Positions 36,931 through 47,994 of a stretch of DNA of 64,000 nucleotides are shown piece after piece. The notes under the pieces were generated by a model. The model saw only the letters and a program-made list of their open reading frames with translations, made no database searches and had not been told where the DNA came from. Source of the DNA: an uncultured virus (IMG/VR IMGVR_UViG_3300008113_007374) (Duplodnaviria; Heunggongvirae; Uroviricota; Caudoviricetes); the IMG/VR virus record IMGVR_UViG_3300008113_007374; one strand, written 5' to 3'. A program made the position numbers and the translations under genes. The first letter of the stretch is position 1. Each line of letters begins with the position of its first letter.

Positions 36931-38073
36931 TTATGCTTCATTAATTTTGAAGAATCCATATCCATACCTTTCTAAATCACCCATGTTATCAACTTCACCT
37001 AATCTTTCAATGGCTTCAAAGGCACTATATTTACCTCTTTCAACATAAATGTCAGTTTGCACTTGTGGAGCCATTACAAAATCTAAAAGTTGTTCGTTTT
37101 TAGTAATTATTGTTGGGTCTAAATCATTTGGAGTTAGTCCATTACTACTTACAACATAGAATGTTTTTCCGTCAGGTAAATCGTAGTAGTCAATATTATC
37201 TATTGTATACCCTGTTATCCCACTATTAATTGAATTTATTTTTCCATAAAATTGATTGTTTTTTGTAAAAACATATCCAACAGTATACGGGTTAGACCCA
37301 TATCTTTTTAAATCTAATATTTTTGATTTTGTATATCCTGAAACAATAAAAGGTGTTTGAGTCCAGTTGGATGAAGATTGGTATGTTAAGTTATTAATAG
37401 AATCTAAAGGGTATATGTAATTTAAATTTAATTGAACCCCGTTCCAACTTCCCCCACTAGGTGTAAATGTTATGTTCCCATTTGGATTTGGAACACCAGC
37501 ATTCATAAATGGTATTGTTATTGGTTTTGATACGGTAGTTACGCCCCAAGGATTAGCACCTGAAAGTGTTATTATATATTTTCCAGGAAACTGATAAACG
37601 TGGTTTTGTTGAGTTGATGTTAATTGCTGTATAGTACTCCCATCATTCCAATCAACACTAAACGTTGTAAAATCTAAATAACTTGTTGTATAGTCTCCCG
37701 ATGTGTTATACAAACTAATTGAGAAGAGATTACTTGTATTATCTCCCGATACCAAAAAATTTGTAATAATATCTTGTTGTGCAATTAATCCATCAAATTC
37801 GGAGTAATATCCAATATCATTATATGTTTGAGTTAACATAATTGGTATTGTTAATCCTGTTAGTAATGATGTTCCGTTTGTTCCTCCACTTAATATCTGA
37901 GACATTCCTGAATAAACGAAGAAGTTTTGAGTCGTTGCAGTAAATGCGGTTGCATTTGTTGGGACTCCGTTTGCTGGTAGGTCGTAGTATGTTTTAGCGG
38001 TATATACTAATGCAAAAACATCTGAATTTAAAACTTCAGGTGAAATAAGTAGACTAAATTTTTCTGATTCCAT
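36931..38073 (-). CDS. Structural protein with PKD-like domain
   Basis: FSVDWNDGS...NHVYQFPGKYIITLSGANPWG. Confidence 0.7.
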   Translation of the reverse strand: MESEKFSLLISPEVLNSDVFALVYTAKTYYDLPANGVPTNATAFTATTQNFFVYSGMSQILSGGTNGTSLLTGLTIPIMLTQTYNDIGYYSEFDGLIAQQDIITNFLVSGDNTSNLFSISLYNTSGDYTTSYLDFTTFSVDWNDGSTIQQLTSTQQNHVYQFPGKYIITLSGANPWGVTTVSKPITIPFMNAGVPNPNGNITFTPSGGSWNGVQLNLNYIYPLDSINNLTYQSSSNWTQTPFIVSGYTKSKILDLKRYGSNPYTVGYVFTKNNQFYGKINSINSGITGYTIDNIDYYDLPDGKTFYVVSSNGLTPNDLDPTIITKNEQLLDFVMAPQVQTDIYVERGKYSAFEAIERLGEVDNMGDLERYGYGFFKINEA

Positions 38074-38924
38074 TATGGGTTAACATATTCATACCAAGTT
38101 ATAGCACTATTTGCTGTTTGACCTTCACCAACTCTAACCTGTGATGGAGATTCTTTATATACCTTATATTCATAACTATTGTTATCCATCACAACTTTGT
38201 AATAGAAATATTTTTCTTTATCAAAATTAAATTTAACGGGTCCCGCAAATCCGGATTGTGGTTCATTTACCATTCTTATAAATTGTCCTTTTTTAGCGTT
38301 GAAGAATTTACAAGACATATAAAAAAAACTTTGAGCGATGTATGAATCACCTTTCAACCAATAAAAGAAAAACCCTTCTTTATCTGCCCCCGTATAATCT
38401 AAAATATATTTTGGTTTTTTAACCATAACATTTGTTGGATTCAAAGCAGGACCTATTGTTCCTGGTTCTTTTACCCCTTGTTGAGTTGGTAAAATAACAC
38501 TAAAAAGTAATTTTTGACTTTCTTGTATTTTACTATCGTAAAAATCTAATTTAAAGAATGAACCTTTAAATGAATTTGAAAAATAATATATTTCGGAATC
38601 CGTAAAAGTCGCGTATTGGTAGTCATCTAACCAGTCTCCAATTGAAGGTGGGTTATTTACAAATGTTGTTGGTAGGTTTGGATTAAAGAAATTAAATATA
38701 TAATTAATTTCAGTCTTATCGGGGTCATTATCCCAAGGGGCATGTGCAAATCTACCTATTTCAAAATCTTCAATACCATTAATTAAAGTTTGTAAAGCAT
38801 TAGTTTCAAACTGTTCAACCGCCTGTTCTCTACCTTCCATATCAAAAGTTATTTCGATTGGAATATTAATTTCAGTATCGTTAGGATTTATCGTAAGTCT
38901 ATAATGGTTATTCACAATCGTCAT
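38073..38924 (-). CDS. Putative structural protein
   Basis: 283-aa ORF in the structural operon. Confidence 0.75.
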   Translation of the reverse strand: MTIVNNHYRLTINPNDTEINIPIEITFDMEGREQAVEQFETNALQTLINGIEDFEIGRFAHAPWDNDPDKTEINYIFNFFNPNLPTTFVNNPPSIGDWLDDYQYATFTDSEIYYFSNSFKGSFFKLDFYDSKIQESQKLLFSVILPTQQGVKEPGTIGPALNPTNVMVKKPKYILDYTGADKEGFFFYWLKGDSYIAQSFFYMSCKFFNAKKGQFIRMVNEPQSGFAGPVKFNFDKEKYFYYKVVMDNNSYEYKVYKESPSQVRVGEGQTANSAITWYEYVNP

Positions 38925-40659
38925 TTATTGGTTGGTTTATGATAGTTGTTGATATATCTGTCGTTCTTTGTATTGGTTTTTGTAAAAATAAAACTTGTTT
39001 AAATGGGTAGTGAGCACCATTCGTAAAAGGATAATCAACCCCAAGTCCTTCGGCATCTATAAATCCATATGTGTAGATGTCTCTCCACACAAAAGTTTGT
39101 TCATATTCTGAGAACCATGCATATGTTGGGACGTTACTCGTATTAGTTTTTAAACCATATTCTAAATAGTTACTAAAAATTCTGATTGGTATAGAATAAT
39201 GTGGTTCATAAACATAACCACTAGGTAAATTCAAAGCCGAGTTATCTGAAAAATATAAACTATTAAATGAATATTTGTGATAAGCCGGTGATATCACATA
39301 TTCTTTTTGTTCTATATAGTTATATTCACAAAAGTCACCTTTAAGTATTGTTCCTGTTGGTATAAAATCATTATAATAAAAATACTGCCCGCTACCTGCG
39401 GGTTGTTCATAAAACGCTAAAGGAATATTATCTTTATTATTAAGTGATGTGTGGTCCCACCAAGGGTCAATAGAATTTTTTAGAAAATTAAACCCCCATC
39501 CAACATCTATTGCAGTTTTAATACCTGATGAGTTTGTTATAGGTGGATTAAACCAACCCATATAACCCTTTTGTATTGTCGTTAAAAAAAGCTCAGTTAC
39601 CGGTTTTCCATTATTATCTTTTAAACCTTCTATTGAAATATCTTTATTTAAAACAAAATTAAAAGTTTTTGAACCTTCTTTAACCGATACTCTTTGTTCA
39701 TTATTTGGTGTTAATGCGGAATATTCTAATTTACTCTTAGTACTGAAAGGGCCGTTTTCAAAACCAGCTTGAGTAATATTAAACTCTGAATGAGTTGCAA
39801 TCACATTATGTAATCTTACATAATATATTGATTTTGTTTCACCACTATTTACAATATTTTTAATTCTTTTGAACGTACCAACCGTTCCATTTGTAGTTTG
39901 GTTTGGTGGAAATTTTAAATCAAAAGTTGAAAATACGGTTTCTTCTGACCTATAATTTTCACTACCCAAAGAAAAAACTTGAAATATTTTTTTACCTCCT
40001 AATCCACTCGGGTTTGTTGGGATGTTTATCTCAACCCATTCACCTATTCTTAAATTATGTTTGGTTCCACAGTTGAAGTACACAACTCTTTTACCATTAA
40101 TGTTTCCTGTAGAAATAACAAAAGGTATTCCGTCTCCAGCCGTAAAATTTACACTAACATTAAACTGCTCACTTTTATACGACATCGGGTGTGTCGTATC
40201 ACTACTAAATGGATATGTTAAATATAACATCCAATTATAAGATGTAGCACTTTTTGCTACATAATTTCTATGTCCCGCAACTGCAGAATATCTTGCAAAA
40301 GTAAATTCATCAAACTGTGGGTAACCTTCCCACGGAACATTAGGGTTTGGTGGAGTATTTAAAGTTGCATTTGCAACAGCATTGGTGTAATAAAGAATAT
40401 TTCTAAACGGTGTATAAGTTGTTTTACCGGATACCGTATTGTTAAATATATTTGTTATTTTACCTGATATTCTAAATTTATTACTTTCCTGTCTTTCCGT
40501 ATCAAATTGGTCCGCAAGGTTTAATGTTAAAGACCTATCACCTTCAACCATAGTTCGTCTATCACCAAACAATGGTGGTTGTATCCAAATGTCCTTGTCC
40601 GTGTTACCAGCAAATTGCTGAGAACCTAAAACTATTCTTATATTGTTTTCGTTAGGCAT
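38908..40659 (-). CDS. Putative structural protein
   Basis: 583-aa ORF in the structural operon. Confidence 0.75.
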   Translation of the reverse strand: MPNENNIRIVLGSQQFAGNTDKDIWIQPPLFGDRRTMVEGDRSLTLNLADQFDTERQESNKFRISGKITNIFNNTVSGKTTYTPFRNILYYTNAVANATLNTPPNPNVPWEGYPQFDEFTFARYSAVAGHRNYVAKSATSYNWMLYLTYPFSSDTTHPMSYKSEQFNVSVNFTAGDGIPFVISTGNINGKRVVYFNCGTKHNLRIGEWVEINIPTNPSGLGGKKIFQVFSLGSENYRSEETVFSTFDLKFPPNQTTNGTVGTFKRIKNIVNSGETKSIYYVRLHNVIATHSEFNITQAGFENGPFSTKSKLEYSALTPNNEQRVSVKEGSKTFNFVLNKDISIEGLKDNNGKPVTELFLTTIQKGYMGWFNPPITNSSGIKTAIDVGWGFNFLKNSIDPWWDHTSLNNKDNIPLAFYEQPAGSGQYFYYNDFIPTGTILKGDFCEYNYIEQKEYVISPAYHKYSFNSLYFSDNSALNLPSGYVYEPHYSIPIRIFSNYLEYGLKTNTSNVPTYAWFSEYEQTFVWRDIYTYGFIDAEGLGVDYPFTNGAHYPFKQVLFLQKPIQRTTDISTTIINQPINDDCE

Positions 40660-43600
40660 CTTGATTCAAAATATATTTTGTTATGTATCTGTTCATTGCA
40701 GTTTTTCCTTTACCTAACCCAAAATAGAAATGATATGGAGCGCCAACAACAAAACTACTATTTTGACCAGGTGGGAATGATTCCGTATACCCATTGCTAT
40801 CGGTATTATAGATATATCCTTTTTTACCATAGTTTGTTGAATTAAAGTAATTTGAGAATGGAGCTTGGTAAAAACTCATGGTTTGGTATTTTTGTTTATA
40901 AAATCCTGAACCTTGTAAACCTGTTGACCAGTCGTTTTTATCGTCACCAAAAATTGTGTTTGTCGTATTTAATTTCCATAGATAAAATGGAACTTCTTGA
41001 GTTTTAGGGTATCCGAAATAATTTGTCAATGTCGGTGTGAATGTTGTAATCCCCGGCGTTAACTTAATTCTATTTTCAGTGCTACCCGTAAAGAAAACAC
41101 CTACCAAAGCATCTCCTGAACCTGAGACATATAAAGTATCATCATCATATGCATCATCACTAAATCCTTCAACACCATATTCTGAATTAATACTAAATAG
41201 TTGTGCTACATCACCATCAATTCTATCTTCACTTCTCGAAAACATTCTATTAATTGATGCGTCTCCAATACCTAATATTTGAGTCCAAAAATTACTATTA
41301 ATTAATCTTGAAATGATAAATAATTGAAGTAAATCTGATGTATCATTATATGATGTTGATTTCATCGTCTCTAACATATAACCCTCAAATTGTGGATTCA
41401 CACATATTTCTTTTGTAAATTGGTCTCTTGGTCCCAAATCCATAATGGTTGTTGGAAAGAATATGTTTCTAGTATTAATTCCTTTATATCCAACAGGAAC
41501 TAAATTTGTTATTGGTGTTTTACTTTGTGGAACTTGTCCTATAAAGTTCGTTCCATTAAATGGTGTTGACCTATAGAATAAAGAATTTGTGGTTCCTTCA
41601 GTATAAAAAACGGGACCTTGTCCAGGTCTAAATGAACTATCATAACTACCACAGAATAAATATTTTTTAGGTTGCCCTGTTACGTTAAAAATTGTTTTCT
41701 TTTTAAATGAAAACATATAAAGAGTTCCATTAACCCAATTGTTTTGGAAAACTTGTGAGAACACCCCTCTACAAGCGGCAAACATCATTCTAAATCTTGA
41801 CTTCCATTCAATAAAATATTTAATGTCTTTAGGAATTGAAACTATCAATGTTTTATCAACAAAATAATAACATCCACCTTTTACTCTTTTATCATCTAAA
41901 TTTGCATCACATGGTTCACTAACACCAAAACTAGTTCCATTACCACTATAACACTCAAGTAATGTTAAATTATTACATTGTAATGAACTAATAACCGCAT
42001 CAGTAATACCATTAGAAGTGTCACCTGTAAGGTCATCTAAATTATTAGTAGTGTCAGTTGCCGCCAATGGAACAAAAGGAGTTGTCATACCATTACCTTG
42101 TTCAGTAACGTTATAAATTGCAAAATTGTCATTTAAATGTAAGGAATAAGAAGAATTACCACTAATTTGAACTGTGGTTGAGGTTGGTAATCTGTCGGAC
42201 CTAAATACAAGTCTATTATTGTTTGTAATTGTAACATTAGTAAACTGTTGTAAATGATATGCCGGTGACATTGCCCTAACTTCTAATGAAGTATTTAGAG
42301 TTGGGTCTAATAGACCACCTAATGGGGCATTAGATGTTATTATAGTTCCACCCTCAACATTTCCTTGACCGGTGTAGGATGAACTGACCGGATTGTACTG
42401 AAAACGTATTTGGTTAACGGAACCGTTATCAATAGTTCCTGTGTTATTTGTATAGAACCCTAAACTCTTTGTGTCAAAAGGAAATGGTTTAAAAGATATT
42501 GCCTGACTTTTATCTGTTGAGTTATAATAGTAAAGTGAATTATTTGTGAATGAACTAAATTTAGTATTATCTACGGTAAAACCGTAGGGTTGGTGATAAA
42601 GGGATGTGTTGGTGTTATCTGTAATTTTATGCGTTTCTGGTGTAATATATGAACTATGCCAAGGGTAAAAAGAAAAACTTGTTGCAGGCCCTGTGTTTGG
42701 CTTAATTGGGATATTAAGATAATATGAACCCTCAATTACCGGTCCTGAACCAAAAGAATAACCAAACAATCTTGATAAGTCGTATCTAATGTTTTGTTTT
42801 TGGGTGTATGGGTCAACTCCTCTTGATAGGATTATTATTTCTAAATCTTCAAATCCATCTAAAAATTTAATCGGGAAAACATATTCATTCACTGCGGGAA
42901 ATGATAAATATCCACCGTATGTATATGCTTGTGTTTTTTGAAATAAATACTTATTAAGTAGTCCACCTGTGGTGTTTGTAATTCCTGAGAATTGTTGTAT
43001 TGTTCCTCCTGTTAAAACTTGGAAGTATTCCACACCTCCTTTAAATTTATACTCTTTACCATTTTCAGTGATACTTAATTTTAATATACCATTTTGAACA
43101 GTCCCTCCTGTTCCAATCCAATTAATTTGTTTATTAACTAATCCCGTTGCGTTATACGGTGTTGAACCCGTTACATTGTTTGTATTAAATTGGTTTGTTG
43201 TTGATAAACCAGAAACGTTAGGGTCATTAATGGTTGTTAAATCTGTGAATGTTACTAACTGTGAATTTGGTAAATTTGCAATGGTTCCTGAATCACATAA
43301 AATAATCAACACACTATCATCAAAAGTAGTTGATGGGTCGACAAGATTTGTTGATGGGTTAATATTTCTAACCGTTGTTTTAATGTGGTTTTCACCATCA
43401 AAATACCTTTGTCTAACATTAGCTAAGTTCATTGACTGAGCCAATTGAACATCAAATCCAGCCCATGTAACGGCACCTTGAACTGGAAATTGAGTAATTG
43501 GGGTTTTTATTAATTTATCAAAATTATTATTTAATGATTGGTATTGATACCCCGCAAATACTTGTCTTATTCCATTATTAAAAGATTCAGGATTTGACGA

Positions 43601-45529
43601 ATTTACCGATTGAGCACTATTGTATGATGTAAATGATGCAATAGAACTTAAATCAGATAATGGACTAAAGTTATTTGCCGATATTGTTATAGTTGCACTC
43701 TCTTGGAATCCCGTATCTCCTTCAGCTAACTCCACATCCTCACAAGGACAAGCTTCACAGTCAGGATATGACATCATCGGCAATGAAATTCTTTTGAATG
43801 GATTATCCTTACTTAATGGTTGGATATTTTGTTTTTTACAATCTTCCTTTTTAAGTTTTTTACTAAGTGCCGCTACAACAATACATATCGCATAAACTAA
43901 AGTATTAACTATCCATAAAATCAAATTAATAACAACTCTAAGAACAGGATATAATACGGCTAAGACGTGTAATATTACGATAAGACTAACAAATTGTGGT
44001 GTTAAAATTGTGATTAATAGGTTCATAATAAAAACCAAAAAATCAAAATTTCTTACACCATCATTAACAGGAAACTTATTAACAGTATTAGTACAAGTTC
44101 TATCAGTAATATCTTTAATACCTAAATGTTTTAATCTATTTGCTCCCCATTTCCATCTATCAATAAAGTTTGAAATTGTATAAACCTTATTGTAATTAAA
44201 CTCATAGAATCTATCTTCACAATCAATAGCCTCTTGTATCATTTGTTGACCAATAGTTGTGGTATCATCACCATAATCATTCCAATCTAAACTAAAAGCA
44301 TATGAATATAGTTGGGCATTTAAATCTGTTGGTTCGTCATCGTTATTTAACGACCATCCCCATTCTTTTACGTTAGGGACCAAGTAGTCACCTCTCATTA
44401 TGGAATTTGCCATACCAGATTCATTTTGGTATTGAATTCTAAAACGATATTTACCTTTTGTTGGTATACCTACATTTGGGTCATTAGATATTACTTGTTC
44501 ACCAAATTCATTTGTGGTAACATAGTCCAAGTTCATAGGAACTTCAACCAACCATGTTCCTTCATCATCAATAACTTTTCCTCCGTCAGGTAACGTGTAT
44601 CTTTCAAGAATAGGTCTTCCATCCGCATCGTAATCAATAGTTTGTCTAACGGCTAATATACTACCAGGTGCCGTTACCAAATCACATAGTTTACCCGTGT
44701 CTTTTCCTGGTTTACAATTTGTTTTTAAGAAGTCTTCATCGGATGAAGAAAATAATGACCCCATAAAAATAGCATGTGGTTTAATTTCAATTCCAAAATC
44801 ACGAAGGTCAAAGTCCGCTCTTGTAATACCAATATTACATATTTCATTCTCACCCCAAAAAGAGCTAACTTCAATATCTTGTCTTATGTTGACTAATTGT
44901 GGTAACGAACTTAAATCTGTTGACGATTTAAATTGGTCTCCATTAAATTGTTCGGGAGTTCCCAAACCCGCTCTAATTAAATCGGCGGGCCTTAAAGAAA
45001 AACAACCTATATTTGATAGGTCTAAATCTAAAGTTAATGTTTGCAAACCAAGAGGTGCTCCAATAATCATGAAGTCACCACTTTCATTTGTTTTTACGGT
45101 ATACTTGTAATATTTTTCATAAACTTCTAAAACTTCAGTTCTTGTCAAAATATCTTCTCTATCGGGAAATGTTCCTGTTGGTGTATGCCCGTCATATTCT
45201 TTTCTATATGGTAAAAGATTATATCTATAACCATCTTCATTTTTTTGGTCTACATTCCTATAAGGGTAAAGTGTGGAAATTACTGGGTCATTTTCATCAA
45301 CACTATCTAAAGGAACAAAAATTGATACATTGGCGTTTGGGACACCGTATCCACCATTTACAATGACCCTACCTGTTACAACACCATAGTCAGCACAGAA
45401 TCTAGTATAAACATCTTCTTGTCTTAATTTTAATGATAAAATTTCCAAGAAGTCAAAATCTTGGTTGATATTAACTCTTATGTTTTTGTCAGTTCCAGGT
45501 GCTGTTCTTATCCTATAGCTTTTGGTCAT
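40652..45529 (-). CDS. Large virion protein with carboxypeptidase-regulatory-like N-domain and internal hydrophobic segment
   Basis: GVVTGRVIVNGGYGVPNANVSIF...TNESGDFMIIG; ~60-aa hydrophobic stretch near 43870-44050. Confidence 0.75.
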   Translation of the reverse strand: MTKSYRIRTAPGTDKNIRVNINQDFDFLEILSLKLRQEDVYTRFCADYGVVTGRVIVNGGYGVPNANVSIFVPLDSVDENDPVISTLYPYRNVDQKNEDGYRYNLLPYRKEYDGHTPTGTFPDREDILTRTEVLEVYEKYYKYTVKTNESGDFMIIGAPLGLQTLTLDLDLSNIGCFSLRPADLIRAGLGTPEQFNGDQFKSSTDLSSLPQLVNIRQDIEVSSFWGENEICNIGITRADFDLRDFGIEIKPHAIFMGSLFSSSDEDFLKTNCKPGKDTGKLCDLVTAPGSILAVRQTIDYDADGRPILERYTLPDGGKVIDDEGTWLVEVPMNLDYVTTNEFGEQVISNDPNVGIPTKGKYRFRIQYQNESGMANSIMRGDYLVPNVKEWGWSLNNDDEPTDLNAQLYSYAFSLDWNDYGDDTTTIGQQMIQEAIDCEDRFYEFNYNKVYTISNFIDRWKWGANRLKHLGIKDITDRTCTNTVNKFPVNDGVRNFDFLVFIMNLLITILTPQFVSLIVILHVLAVLYPVLRVVINLILWIVNTLVYAICIVVAALSKKLKKEDCKKQNIQPLSKDNPFKRISLPMMSYPDCEACPCEDVELAEGDTGFQESATITISANNFSPLSDLSSIASFTSYNSAQSVNSSNPESFNNGIRQVFAGYQYQSLNNNFDKLIKTPITQFPVQGAVTWAGFDVQLAQSMNLANVRQRYFDGENHIKTTVRNINPSTNLVDPSTTFDDSVLIILCDSGTIANLPNSQLVTFTDLTTINDPNVSGLSTTNQFNTNNVTGSTPYNATGLVNKQINWIGTGGTVQNGILKLSITENGKEYKFKGGVEYFQVLTGGTIQQFSGITNTTGGLLNKYLFQKTQAYTYGGYLSFPAVNEYVFPIKFLDGFEDLEIIILSRGVDPYTQKQNIRYDLSRLFGYSFGSGPVIEGSYYLNIPIKPNTGPATSFSFYPWHSSYITPETHKITDNTNTSLYHQPYGFTVDNTKFSSFTNNSLYYYNSTDKSQAISFKPFPFDTKSLGFYTNNTGTIDNGSVNQIRFQYNPVSSSYTGQGNVEGGTIITSNAPLGGLLDPTLNTSLEVRAMSPAYHLQQFTNVTITNNNRLVFRSDRLPTSTTVQISGNSSYSLHLNDNFAIYNVTEQGNGMTTPFVPLAATDTTNNLDDLTGDTSNGITDAVISSLQCNNLTLLECYSGNGTSFGVSEPCDANLDDKRVKGGCYYFVDKTLIVSIPKDIKYFIEWKSRFRMMFAACRGVFSQVFQNNWVNGTLYMFSFKKKTIFNVTGQPKKYLFCGSYDSSFRPGQGPVFYTEGTTNSLFYRSTPFNGTNFIGQVPQSKTPITNLVPVGYKGINTRNIFFPTTIMDLGPRDQFTKEICVNPQFEGYMLETMKSTSYNDTSDLLQLFIISRLINSNFWTQILGIGDASINRMFSRSEDRIDGDVAQLFSINSEYGVEGFSDDAYDDDTLYVSGSGDALVGVFFTGSTENRIKLTPGITTFTPTLTNYFGYPKTQEVPFYLWKLNTTNTIFGDDKNDWSTGLQGSGFYKQKYQTMSFYQAPFSNYFNSTNYGKKGYIYNTDSNGYTESFPPGQNSSFVVGAPYHFYFGLGKGKTAMNRYITKYILNQDA

Positions 45530-45603
45530 TAGTCTTTTAAAAATAAATAGTTATTTTGCCCATTTTAAAAAAAATAGGTAAGACATTACGGAAATAAATA
45601 ATC

Positions 45604-47442
45604 TTATGTAAAATCTACTGAGGTTAGATTTTTAACAAAAACCCTAATGTCTTTATTATCAAATCTAACTTGATATATTTGTGTTGGTTCTGCAAATATA
45701 TTATCATCAATTAATTCTATTTCTTTTGTCGCTTTATTAAGATATCTTTGAGATGTCTCAGAAGTCGAGTATTGTCCCCCAACTTTATTAAACACTTGTA
45801 ATTTACTTAAACTTATAACACCAGCGGTGTTTTGAATTAATCTTCTTATATCCGAAATATTAACATTTTCACCCATATCTCTATTTTCGGGTGACATGTA
45901 ATTTGAAACTTGGTTAATTAGTTCAGTAATAACCTGACCTCTATTAACGCTTGACTCCACAACCACATAGATATCAAAAGCTAAATCAATAACCTTTGCC
46001 ACATCAATTTGTATATAGTCGTTTATCATTCTAAATTTAGAAAGATATGTTGCCAAATTTGTTTTTAAATTGTTTGATACTATTTGTGTTAATTTACCTG
46101 TTTGGTCATAAGACAATATTTGAACTGTTATTTTATTATTGTTTTCTGTAATTGCAACCTTTGCAGGTGCTCCAAATTTTCCTGGCATCGTATCAATTAA
46201 CGATTTATAATCATTAACGGTAACTGCCCTTCTTTGTGCCGCAAAATTAAATGCGACCATGTTTCTAACTTCTTCAGTTGAGGGTGGGTTGGCTCCTCCA
46301 ATTGCTGCAGTTACATTATTCACCACTAAAGAGTTTAACACATTAGAGTTAATAGAATCTGAAGGTCCATTAACCGCAAAATCAATAGTTCCTACTTGAT
46401 TGATTACCCCTACACCAACATTAGACGCTAAACCACCTCCAGTTCTATACTGAACAAATATTGTGGTATTTGGTTGGACGGTAAGTCCAAGTCCAATATT
46501 GTTTTGGTAATTAGCCAAATCTAAATTAATACCTTGTTTTGCAAAATTAGCAAGTTGTATATTAGGTGTTGTTGTTCCTCCACCAAATTGTATTTTTAAA
46601 AAACCTTCAGGTGTGTATTCGGTAATAAATCTGTTTTCAGTTTTAATATATTTACCAACTTTTATACCCGCATTATCTACAGGTTTAGTCGGGTCTTCAA
46701 TAAAAACAGTGTCTTCTGCCAATGCGTCAACTTCATACCATTTATTATTAGCGGTTAAAAACTCTCCATAATTTGGTACATTAGGGTAACTTGTTCCGTC
46801 TCTTTGTATTATCGCATTTACCCCCAATACGTTTCTTTCGGGTAAAAAGAAATTAAAGAATGGGACAACATCGGTTGCGTTTATAACTCTTTTAAAAACT
46901 TTTGTAGTTCCATTAACAACAACCTCTCTTTTGGTAATAATGTAATTTATAATTTTATTATTAGCGTCAAAAGTTGGAACTTTCGTTCTATTAACTTCAC
47001 CTTCTTGATTGTATTGTGTTGAAAAATCAATATCATATACCGTTTCAAATGTAGTTCCTCCACCATTAAATTGCGACCCTGCCCTTAAAATCCCTAAATA
47101 TCTATAATCTTCAGCATCCCCTAAAGGTGGAACTGTAATTGAAATATCTACCACAGCAACAGATGGTCTATACCCCGGTATTTTTAAACCATAAGTTCTT
47201 GCAATATTATAAATTGAAGATTTTTGTTGAGCATATTGTAATACCGTTTCTTGTATACTTCTATCAATATGGTAATGTAAGTTATCTGCGACCGCAGCAT
47301 TCAAATCCATCAAAACCGAAAACACAGATGCGTCGTTAAAGTTTTGAATAAGTTCGGGGTAATACTGTTTAGTGTAATTTATTAACCCGTCTCTTATGGA
47401 TTCAAAATCCCTATCCGTGTAATTAATTTTGTTATTTGCCAT
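45604..47442 (-). CDS. Baseplate wedge subunit (T4 gp6 / baseplate J-like)
   Basis: YTDRDFESIRDGLINY, YRTGGGLASNV and GGANPPSTEEVR..QRRAVTVNDY. Confidence 0.9.
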   Translation of the reverse strand: MANNKINYTDRDFESIRDGLINYTKQYYPELIQNFNDASVFSVLMDLNAAVADNLHYHIDRSIQETVLQYAQQKSSIYNIARTYGLKIPGYRPSVAVVDISITVPPLGDAEDYRYLGILRAGSQFNGGGTTFETVYDIDFSTQYNQEGEVNRTKVPTFDANNKIINYIITKREVVVNGTTKVFKRVINATDVVPFFNFFLPERNVLGVNAIIQRDGTSYPNVPNYGEFLTANNKWYEVDALAEDTVFIEDPTKPVDNAGIKVGKYIKTENRFITEYTPEGFLKIQFGGGTTTPNIQLANFAKQGINLDLANYQNNIGLGLTVQPNTTIFVQYRTGGGLASNVGVGVINQVGTIDFAVNGPSDSINSNVLNSLVVNNVTAAIGGANPPSTEEVRNMVAFNFAAQRRAVTVNDYKSLIDTMPGKFGAPAKVAITENNNKITVQILSYDQTGKLTQIVSNNLKTNLATYLSKFRMINDYIQIDVAKVIDLAFDIYVVVESSVNRGQVITELINQVSNYMSPENRDMGENVNISDIRRLIQNTAGVISLSKLQVFNKVGGQYSTSETSQRYLNKATKEIELIDDNIFAEPTQIYQVRFDNKDIRVFVKNLTSVDFT

Positions 47443-47443
47443 A

Positions 47444-47908
47444 TTATATGTTGATTATCACAAACTGTCTACTACCAAAAGCCCTTGCGTCATTTGTATA
47501 GTCAATTTTTATTTTTGCACTGTACTCTGCAGTATTCGCTCCCGGTATGCGATAAATACTCGCTTGCCCCAATAATTCATAATCCAATTGTCCTGCAACA
47601 TCACCACTATCGTTATATGATTCAACAGTAATACTATTAATTGTAAGGTTAGGAATGTATTTATCAACCTGTTCTTGGATTTCAGCCCTAATTTCTTCAA
47701 AGGTTGCGCCATCTAAAGGTTCAAAAATATATTCATACAATCTTGTTCCAAAATCAGGTAAAAAATATCTTGTTCCTCTTCGGGTCATAAGCAAATGTAT
47801 TAGGTCGGTCCTGATTTCTTCATCAGTCGTTTCCGTCAACTTTAAGTAATTTCCCTTTTCGCTTTGTAAAAATGGAAAATGTATACCATATGTTATTCCG
47901 TTTGCCAT
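47444..47908 (-). CDS. Baseplate wedge subunit gp25-like
   Basis: LIHLLMTRRGTRYFLPDFGTRLYEYIFEP. Confidence 0.9.
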   Translation of the reverse strand: MANGITYGIHFPFLQSEKGNYLKLTETTDEEIRTDLIHLLMTRRGTRYFLPDFGTRLYEYIFEPLDGATFEEIRAEIQEQVDKYIPNLTINSITVESYNDSGDVAGQLDYELLGQASIYRIPGANTAEYSAKIKIDYTNDARAFGSRQFVIINI

Positions 47909-47920
47909 ATTAGATAAATA

Positions 47921-47994
47921 TAGTGTCGTGATATTTTCAATAAATAGTTATTAAATAAAAAATCCCGACATAGTGTCGGGATTAGTGTCGTGAT
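47921..47994. repeat. Three 12-bp direct repeats TAGTGTCG(T/G)GAT overlapping the nrdA terminator
   Basis: Copies at 47921, 47971 and 47983; hairpin AATCCCGACA-TAG-TGTCGGGATT with a T-run on the minus strand. Confidence 0.75.

Noticed and set aside
47911..47932. NrdR box
   Set aside because: Only half matches the palindrome and it lies downstream of nrdAB
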